Source: Spirochaetia bacterium
GTDB lineage: Bacteria > Spirochaetota > Spirochaetia > CAKZLE01
Assembly: GCA_963677595.1 (NCBI GenBank)
Contig: OY782041.1
Span: forward strand, 320,001 to 384,000
Direction: 5' to 3'
DNA length: 64,000 bases
Numbering within the stretch: position 1 is the first letter of the stretch; each line of letters opens with the position of its first letter. Below the pieces are notes generated by a model. It saw only the letters and a list, made by a program, of their open reading frames with translations, ran no database searches and was not told the DNA's origin. A program made the position numbers and the translations under genes. Shown here in pieces: positions 57,470-64,000 of the stretch.

Positions 57470-59173
57470 TCATGCATGCAGAGAGGTCAGGACACACCTC
57501 ACCCCCTTGTCGTAGAATACGCGTTCATCAAGACCCAATGCAGACAGGAAGGCCAACTGACGGGAAGAGAGCGGATTTACCAGCACCGCTTCTGCTCCCA
57601 TCTCTGCCGCCATGATACCGCCAAACACGGTACTCATCATGAATGAAGTCGGCTTTGCCGTCGGTTTGTTGTCCCAGCCTGGTACCGTAGTACCTTCCTT
57701 CTGGAGATACCGCCGCATCTGCCGCTCCATCAACCGCCAGACCATCAGGGCGATCACGAGAATCATCCCCAATGCATCTATGCGGGAAGGGGTTTTCAGA
57801 AACAGGTCATTGACTACCAGGGGATCCTTGAGGAATGAAAAATCACTCTCGATCCCATACTGGCCTTTGTACGTACGCAGTACCGATGCGGCATCAAGCG
57901 ATGCAACAGCAACATTGGTAAGCAGCACAAAACATCCTGCCTGCTCTCTGAGCACCTGCAGCTTGTCCGACTTTTCGGTGATCTCCCAGTTCAACTCATA
58001 CCGCAGATCTACAGGCGGCGGACCCTCCTTCGGGGGACGTCCACGACGCCGAACCGCCACTTCTTGGATCGTAACCGTTAACGAGTGCAGCGGGGAAGAG
58101 ACCGCAGCGAGGTTGGCAGCAGCAACCTGCGCATCTTCGCTGCAGTAATACTGTCGCTGAACTTTCTTCAATTTCCCGTTCAGCTCCTTCAACGATTGCT
58201 CAATCGCTTTGTCAATCTTCTTCTGCCTTCGCTTATCATGGGAACTCGAATGTATCACGACCCCGCGATAGGGCTTTTCATACAACGTTACCGTCGTCTC
58301 GCACCCCTTATAGATCGCAGGAGGCCGGTTCTTCCCTGTTGGTGTTTCAGCCATCATGCCTATGGGACTCCAGCGACCCGCTCCGATCGCTTCCCTTATT
58401 GCCTGGTCACATGCGCCGTAGGTTGCCGGAAGACGGCTGATGAATGGCATCGACCCTAAAGCCTCCAGATTCTCCTGCGTCACCATGGCCGAGTCTGCAA
58501 CATAGATACAGGCCCCATCTCCCAACCCATGTCGGGAGAGCAGTGTACTGATCCGTGTGAGCATCGCATTGTTAGACGTCTTGTCTGAGGAGTTCCCATT
58601 GAGGGTACTGCTGAAGATTGGGACCCCATGATCCACGCACAGTAACTCCGTCATGAACTGCTTGAGATCCGGTCGGTGATCCTTGGAGTGCCCCAGGACG
58701 ATCGAAGGCCCCGGGGTCTTTTCCTGCTCACTCCCCCGGTATTCCCCCCAGACACTCGTACTGGTAGTATCGTAACTGAGGGCATGCATATCCAGATCGA
58801 AGACCTGTGCTGCCCGAATCCCCAGTTCGGTCACAATCTTCGATGGGCCGGCATCGAAGATCGCATCCAGGGACCGAGCTATGTTCGTGTCATTGAACAG
58901 ATGCGGATCTACCTCCTGTCCCAGCAATAGGCTGCGGTTCTGCTGCTCGATGAACTGCTCGATCCGATACAGCGGCGACCGTCCATGCAGGACATCGAGC
59001 ACCATCGTCTGCACCACGAGCCCCGGAGATAGCTGCATACGGGTCTCCACCGCCGCATCCACGATGTCTCTCAACCCGAGCATGCGGCAGTAGGCCGCCG
59101 CAATGGGCAGGTAGGAATGGGTATAGATTCTGGTATGCTGAAACAGGGTTGAAAGGGGCGGAGTACTGGCCAT
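57470..59173 (-). CDS. IS1634-family DDE transposase
   Basis: Protein identical to 11259-12962. Confidence 0.93.
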   Translation of the reverse strand: MASTPPLSTLFQHTRIYTHSYLPIAAAYCRMLGLRDIVDAAVETRMQLSPGLVVQTMVLDVLHGRSPLYRIEQFIEQQNRSLLLGQEVDPHLFNDTNIARSLDAIFDAGPSKIVTELGIRAAQVFDLDMHALSYDTTSTSVWGEYRGSEQEKTPGPSIVLGHSKDHRPDLKQFMTELLCVDHGVPIFSSTLNGNSSDKTSNNAMLTRISTLLSRHGLGDGACIYVADSAMVTQENLEALGSMPFISRLPATYGACDQAIREAIGAGRWSPIGMMAETPTGKNRPPAIYKGCETTVTLYEKPYRGVVIHSSSHDKRRQKKIDKAIEQSLKELNGKLKKVQRQYYCSEDAQVAAANLAAVSSPLHSLTVTIQEVAVRRRGRPPKEGPPPVDLRYELNWEITEKSDKLQVLREQAGCFVLLTNVAVASLDAASVLRTYKGQYGIESDFSFLKDPLVVNDLFLKTPSRIDALGMILVIALMVWRLMERQMRRYLQKEGTTVPGWDNKPTAKPTSFMMSTVFGGIMAAEMGAEAVLVNPLSSRQLAFLSALGLDERVFYDKGVRCVLTSLHA

Positions 59174-59263
59174 CGGTATCCTCCTGTAGCGGTCGTGGAA
59201 ACAGGACTTGACTGATCACTGAACCTACTGTATTATACAGTAGGACAAGAGAGGAGTCAAGTC

Positions 59264-59626
59264 ATGACCACCGAGACGGCACAGAAGCGCCTTCAGGTAC
59301 TTCGCCGCAAACAGCAGGAACTCGCCAAGGAACTGAGCACGATCGAATTTATCTGGTCAGGATCCATCTCCAAACGGTTTCTTACCTGCGGGAACCCCTC
59401 GTGCAAGTGTCATACAGACACTGAGGCCAAGCATGGACCGTATTACTATTGGACGACCAAAAAGGGCGGGAAGACCGTAGCCAGGAAGCTCACAGAGCAG
59501 CAGGCTGAGGTCCTCCAACCATGGATTGAGAACAGGAGAACCCTGGAGAAGACGATGAATGCCATGAAGAAGCTCTCTCAGGATGCGTATGAAGCCATTT
59601 TGGTCCTCTTGGACGATGAAGGGTAG
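59264..59626 (+). CDS. IS passenger protein, DUF6788-like
   Basis: Identical to 13053-13415. Confidence 0.8.
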   Translation: MTTETAQKRLQVLRRKQQELAKELSTIEFIWSGSISKRFLTCGNPSCKCHTDTEAKHGPYYYWTTKKGGKTVARKLTEQQAEVLQPWIENRRTLEKTMNAMKKLSQDAYEAILVLLDDEG

Positions 59627-59902
59627 CGCTTTTTAAACCGATTTTAGCCCGAAATTAAATACCCGTTTTTTGCTGAGAAATAGTGAGGAATGTGGGTTAT
59701 ATCATGAGCCACAGCTTCATAGACACCCTGCTTGTAGGAGCCCGATCAGTCAAGCAGCTTGCCGACCTGTATGCATCAAGTGAGGGATCACTTGATCCAT
59801 CGATCGTCGAACGGCTTGATGCCGTATCACAGCCGCTCCTTACAGCGACGAAAGGGAACCCGGACATGTACCAGTCGGTATCGCGGGTACGGTACTGATC
59901 AG

Positions 59903-60121
59903 ATGGACATCATACCAAGGATACGCAATCTCTCCCCTCCTGCGCAGCAGGAGCTCTTCAGAAGAATCTCACATGTCATCTCGAATCGGGACCTGACCCA
60001 TATCATGGAGGATGTCGCTCGTGGCATCTCGATCATGCGGGCACACCAGCGGCAGGGTATATTCCGCCGCTATATCGCAGACATCCTGCGGTTCCTTGAC
60101 GAGATCGAGGGGATTGTTTGA
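59903..60121 (+). CDS. Small hypothetical protein
   Basis: 72-aa ORF starting 4 nt after the AKR stop and filling the gap to a convergent gene. Confidence 0.45.
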   Translation: MDIIPRIRNLSPPAQQELFRRISHVISNRDLTHIMEDVARGISIMRAHQRQGIFRRYIADILRFLDEIEGIV

Positions 60122-60130
60122 AGTATTTCC

Positions 60131-61477
60131 CTACTTATTCAATTTGCTGACAGCAACATTGCCGGCAGTATTCATGACATCCCAGGTCCGTGCGAACGGC
60201 GGTGCGTAGCAGAGGTCAGCCATGGCCAGGTCCTCGACGGTTGCCTTCTGCCCGATAGCCATCGCGATGGTATCTATACGCAGTACAGCCCCGTTCTTCC
60301 CGGCACTCTGCGCCGAGAGGATCTCACCGGTATCAGCGTTATAGGTGAGCTTCACCATGATATCTTCCTGCCCGGGGTAATAATCGGTCTGGTTCTTGTC
60401 GTTGATCGTGACCGATGCAATCTTCATCTCCAGGGCTTCCAGGTCTCTCGATGAGAGACCGGTACGACCGAGCTCAAGGTCGAAGACCTTGACGCAGGAC
60501 GAAGAGAGTGTGCCGGGATACTCCCGCGTTCCCCCGGCGATATGCTCCCCGATGATCCTGCCTACCTTGTTCGCCGTGGTAGCCAGGGGAACGAAGACCG
60601 CTTCCCCGGTGATCATATGGGGAACAGCAGCGCAGTCGCCTGCGGCATAGACTCCTTCCACACTGGTCCTTCCGAATCCGTCGGTGATGATCGCACCGTT
60701 CGGGAGCTTCTCGATTCCGGATCCTTCGGAGAACAGGGTATCGGGCCTCACCCCGACCGAGAGGATTACCAAGTCAGCAGGATAGGTACCCTGGTCAGTG
60801 ACGACCCCGGAAACCTTCCCCTCTTCCCCCTGGAAACTCATCACCCGCTCCCCAAGACTGCAGGAGACACCATGGGCCTCGAGCTCGGTGAGGATCAGGT
60901 CCGAGAACTCCCTGTCGACAGCCGGCTTCATGAGCTGGTCCTCCAGCTCGATGAGCCTCACTGATTTGCCCTGTTTTGTGAGGGCTTCAGCAAGCTCCAG
61001 CCCGATGAACCCCCCGCCCTCGATGACGGCATGCTCACCGACAGAGGAGAGGGCCTGCCTGATCGACTGGCCGTCGTGCAGGTTTCGCAGGGTGAATATA
61101 TTACTCAGATCCTTACCCGGGAAGGGCGGGATCACAGCCGAGGCACCGGTCGCGATGATCAGCTTATCGTAGGTATCAGGGAAGGACTCCCCCTCCCCGT
61201 TCGTGACGGTCAGGCTCCGGGCCTGTGTGTCTATCGAGGTGACCGTATGGTTGAGCCTCAGGTCGATGCCTGAGGCGATGAATGCCTCCGGGGTTCGTGC
61301 GACCATACGTTCGGTATCATCGAAGTATCCCGCTATATAGTACGGGAGGCCGCAGGAGCCGAAGGAGACAATCTCCCCCTGCTCATAGACAGTCACGATA
61401 CTACCCTTGAGCGCACGTTTCACCTTCGCTGCGGCACTCATCCCTGCAGCGTTGGCCCCGATGACTATAATATGCAT
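60131..61477 (-). CDS. CoA-disulfide reductase / NADH oxidase family
   Basis: SFGSCGLPY redox Cys, ATGA, GGGFIGLE, YAAGD, YAPPF. Confidence 0.92.
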   Translation of the reverse strand: MHIIVIGANAAGMSAAAKVKRALKGSIVTVYEQGEIVSFGSCGLPYYIAGYFDDTERMVARTPEAFIASGIDLRLNHTVTSIDTQARSLTVTNGEGESFPDTYDKLIIATGASAVIPPFPGKDLSNIFTLRNLHDGQSIRQALSSVGEHAVIEGGGFIGLELAEALTKQGKSVRLIELEDQLMKPAVDREFSDLILTELEAHGVSCSLGERVMSFQGEEGKVSGVVTDQGTYPADLVILSVGVRPDTLFSEGSGIEKLPNGAIITDGFGRTSVEGVYAAGDCAAVPHMITGEAVFVPLATTANKVGRIIGEHIAGGTREYPGTLSSSCVKVFDLELGRTGLSSRDLEALEMKIASVTINDKNQTDYYPGQEDIMVKLTYNADTGEILSAQSAGKNGAVLRIDTIAMAIGQKATVEDLAMADLCYAPPFARTWDVMNTAGNVAVSKLNK

Positions 61478-61497
61478 ATGATCCCCCTGAAAGAATT

Positions 61498-62055
61498 CTA
61501 GTGGTGAGGCACCACGAAGAAGATGACCTCTGAGACATTGGTATGGATGTTCCGTGCTGAATGGGGTTCGTCCGTCTTCATATTGAGCGAATCCCCCTTG
61601 TTCAGGATGAAGACCTCATCCCCGAGCCGTGCTTCCACCTTGCCCCTGCTCACGAACATGACCTGGCTCCCGAACCTCTTATAGGAGGAGGCATCATCGC
61701 CGGTCTGTGCTCCGACCTGGAGCTCGACCACCGCGACCTCCATGATCTTCGAGAGGACGCTGTTCGTGGCGAAGGAGATGGAGATCCCCTCGTTGAGCGA
61801 GGAGGCCATCCTCCGGTTCTCTTTCCTGATGACCGGGCTCTCATCCCTGCTCGAGACCTCCTCGAAGAGGCCCTGGATCGTCGTCCCGAGGGAGTCGGCG
61901 ATCTTCACCAGGGAAGAGAGGGAAGGAGAGACCTTCCCGTTCTCTATCTGCGAGATATAGCTGGAAGAGAGACCGGTGCGGTCAGCGAGTTCCCTGAGGC
62001 TGTAGCCGCAGGCTTCCCTGTTATGTTTTATGATCAATCCGATAGCTTCGTTCAA
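61498..62055 (-). CDS. XRE-HTH + cupin regulator (PuuR/SutR-like)
   Basis: SLRELADRTGLSSSYISQIENG; L.KGDS...PH..RN cupin. Confidence 0.9.
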   Translation of the reverse strand: MNEAIGLIIKHNREACGYSLRELADRTGLSSSYISQIENGKVSPSLSSLVKIADSLGTTIQGLFEEVSSRDESPVIRKENRRMASSLNEGISISFATNSVLSKIMEVAVVELQVGAQTGDDASSYKRFGSQVMFVSRGKVEARLGDEVFILNKGDSLNMKTDEPHSARNIHTNVSEVIFFVVPHH

Positions 62056-62199
62056 TGGTGTTCTCCGTAATTACCTAGACAGCCTGCTGCTCCTTCGTCC
62101 TGTGCCGCATCACGAACCTGAAGCAGTAGAACCTATTCAATAATATACAATATAGATGTCATGCCTGTAAAGATTTGCGCCTCTCTAGGTGTTCTCTCA

Positions 62200-62562
62200 T
62201 CAAATTTGTGATAGAAAAATCTTCAATCCCTTGAACACTGTAGCCTTCTGCATACCGCCCCCGAAGACCGTCGCATCGGTCTTCGACCCGGCCATATGGA
62301 TATGGATGAACCATCCATCGTCGTCTACCCGGCAGATCTCCCCGCAGAATGAGAGGATCTCGAACGGTCCCGCTATATGGGTGTAGTTCACCTCCGGCGG
62401 GATGGTCGTGGTCGCGGCATTACCGACGGTCACGTCCACGACTGAGCCGAGGGCTCCCGTAACGACGGCTGTCTCCCAGCCGTTCTCTTCCATATACTCT
62501 TCCAGTTTCTCCTTGACCTGGTCCCCTTTCACGAGTTCCAGTATCTGTATACCTTTCGCCAT
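62200..62562 (-). CDS. PPC domain / DUF296 protein
   Basis: ALGS, GPFEILSFCG, HIH, GG. Confidence 0.85.
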   Translation of the reverse strand: MAKGIQILELVKGDQVKEKLEEYMEENGWETAVVTGALGSVVDVTVGNAATTTIPPEVNYTHIAGPFEILSFCGEICRVDDDGWFIHIHMAGSKTDATVFGGGMQKATVFKGLKIFLSQI

Positions 62563-62574
62563 CTTACGTTATCC

Positions 62575-63771
62575 TTATCTTATGTATTCAACACTCATAT
62601 AATCCAGCACCATACCAACCATAGTTTTAACTCCTACGGCTAAGCTCTTCTCATCACTATAATACGTAGGTGAGTGCATGGAACCATAGTCTCCACCAGG
62701 AGTCCTGGTCCCTAGCCGGATGAATACTCCAGGCTTTTTCTCAACAATATAAGCAAAATCTTCCCCACCCATAGAAGGCCTTTCCATCATAATTACATTA
62801 TCATTCCCAAGAAGTCTGGTACCTACCCTTATCACCCGCGCGACCCACTCTTCTGAACTGATAAGCGGTGGAGGGCCAGTATGGATTGTAGGAGAAATCT
62901 CTGTCCTCGTCGTTCTAGAAACACCTTCACAAACCGCTTTTATGCGTTCGTGCATCATCTTGCGAGTATCAGGATTAATCGTCCTTACCGTACCTGTAAG
63001 CTCTAACTTATCGGGAATGATATTACTTGTTTTACCCGCATGAATTGTTCCAAAAGACACAACAGATGAATCAGTTGCTGATGTATCTCGAGAAACTAGT
63101 GTTTGCAGTGCCATGATAAGCTGTGCTGCTGCAGTAATCGGATCTCTGACAGTATCAGGATGTGCAGCATGACCCTGTTTGCCTTTAATAGTGATTTCTA
63201 ATTTATCAGGAGCGGCTAGGATCGGCCCCCTACGAATACCGATTGTCCCAGAGGGAATCTCCGGCGACACATGAAGTGCTGCTACACCATCGATCTCATT
63301 GAATGGTACATCTTTATCTTCCAGGAGTAGCTTGGCACCAGCTAATATTTCCTCTCCAGGCTGGAAAAAGCAGTAAAGTGTACCAGAGAAGGTATCTTTC
63401 AGTTTATCAATAATACGGACTACTGCTAAGAGTATCGAGGTATGCACATCATGCCCACAGGCATGCATAACCCCATCAACCTGAGAAGCATACGGTAACC
63501 CAGTAGCCTCAGTCACAGGTAATGCATCCATATCGCCCCGGAGAAGCATTGTCCCACCATCACCAGGTTTATTGCCTTTGATCGCAACAAGCAAACCAGT
63601 CTCTCCAATCTTACGGATTGCATTAACTGTAGTCTTACTAAGAATCTCATGTTCAATAAAACGCGATGTATTATATTCTTTCATGCTCAATTCAGGATTC
63701 TGATGCAAGTGTTTCCAGCAGGAAATAACCTCTGGTTCAATTTCGTCTATAAATTTTTCAATTTCTATCAT
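62575..63771 (-). CDS. M20D family amidohydrolase
   Basis: LHQNPELS..E, RGDMDALP, MHACGHDVH, FQPGEE, GEDF. Confidence 0.93.
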   Translation of the reverse strand: MIEIEKFIDEIEPEVISCWKHLHQNPELSMKEYNTSRFIEHEILSKTTVNAIRKIGETGLLVAIKGNKPGDGGTMLLRGDMDALPVTEATGLPYASQVDGVMHACGHDVHTSILLAVVRIIDKLKDTFSGTLYCFFQPGEEILAGAKLLLEDKDVPFNEIDGVAALHVSPEIPSGTIGIRRGPILAAPDKLEITIKGKQGHAAHPDTVRDPITAAAQLIMALQTLVSRDTSATDSSVVSFGTIHAGKTSNIIPDKLELTGTVRTINPDTRKMMHERIKAVCEGVSRTTRTEISPTIHTGPPPLISSEEWVARVIRVGTRLLGNDNVIMMERPSMGGEDFAYIVEKKPGVFIRLGTRTPGGDYGSMHSPTYYSDEKSLAVGVKTMVGMVLDYMSVEYIR

Positions 63772-63917
63772 CTAAAAATATCCCTGAGAGTTTTTTGAAC
63801 TTGGATCAGATTTGTCTGATCCATTTTAAATAGCTCTAATATTTGGCTCTTATCGTAAATATAATTTCTGTGCAAAAAGCAAATATCATGAGTTTACGAA
63901 AAGAGCCATTTGGTATT

Positions 63918-64000
63918 TTATAATCCTGTCCATTGAATGGACTGAAGTATAGTAATGACAATAAAGCCTAATGCCAACTGAGAAACTAAGAGAGGCCAAA
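63918..64000 (-). CDS. 3' end of a membrane protein, possibly YfcC/DcuC-like; partial
   Basis: WPLLVSQLALGFIVITILQSIQWTGL* hydrophobic terminus. Confidence 0.45.
   Translation of the reverse strand, partial: WPLLVSQLALGFIVITILQSIQWTGL

Larger units (their letters stand above)
57248..59696 (-). mobile_element. IS1634-family element, type A, copy 2 (2449 bp)
   Basis: Same IRs as copy 1; 6-bp TSD TTATAT (57242-57247, 59697-59702). Confidence 0.96.
56475..59898 (+). pseudogene. Aldo/keto reductase disrupted by IS1634 type A
   Basis: MGTW, FDSSPNYG.G.SE, IDLIQIHWP, GVCNF, YSPLQQGLLTGK; joins across the TSD as LRYI-MSHSFIDTLLVGARS. Confidence 0.92.

Noticed and set aside
11037-59696. Composite transposon bounded by the two IS1634-A copies
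   Set aside because: Each copy has its own matching TSD (TTTCAC; TTATAT), so they are independent insertions
1-64000. CRISPR array, tRNA or rRNA genes
   Set aside because: No regularly spaced repeats or recognisable RNA gene signatures by eye; a tRNAscan/Infernal run would be needed to exclude small RNAs

Overview
A 64-kb bacterial chromosomal window, probably from a Spirochaetota (Spirochaetaceae/Sphaerochaetaceae-like) anaerobe. That placement is inferred from repeated 'FAGGxKE' signal peptides, a two-domain NDK and spirochaete-type lipoproteins. Contents in order: queH (partial), ndk, a TetR-controlled ABC exporter, an accessory patch (Rpn nuclease with a tandem-duplicated C-terminus, beta-propeller/DUF1566-like lipoprotein, MNT-HEPN toxin-antitoxin between 111-bp direct repeats), an oxidative-stress block (rubredoxin/rubrerythrin; TCS-Trx-DipZ-MsrBA), a divergent SorC-regulated RuBisCO-like-protein cluster, a type III glutamine synthetase with an internal TAG, a GntR sugar ABC catabolic operon, an orphan ATP-synthase subunit-c-like gene, a TCS cassette with two homologous promoters, MarR-MATE, RecQ, NADH oxidase/CoA-disulfide reductase and an amidohydrolase operon. 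Four IS copies have clear IRs and TSDs: two near-identical IS1634-family elements with a DUF6788-like passenger, a different IS1634 and an ISAzo13. Two of them disrupt genes. Best candidates for undescribed biology: (1) the RLP + MtnX-like + dehydrogenase / EryA-like kinase + CYTH + SorC cluster; (2) the dyad-symmetric double promoter between the IS1634 transposase and its passenger gene; (3) the signal-peptide-bearing c-subunit homologue lacking the ion-binding carboxylate. No rRNA, tRNA or CRISPR array was seen. All calls come from motif recognition by eye; no database searches were run.
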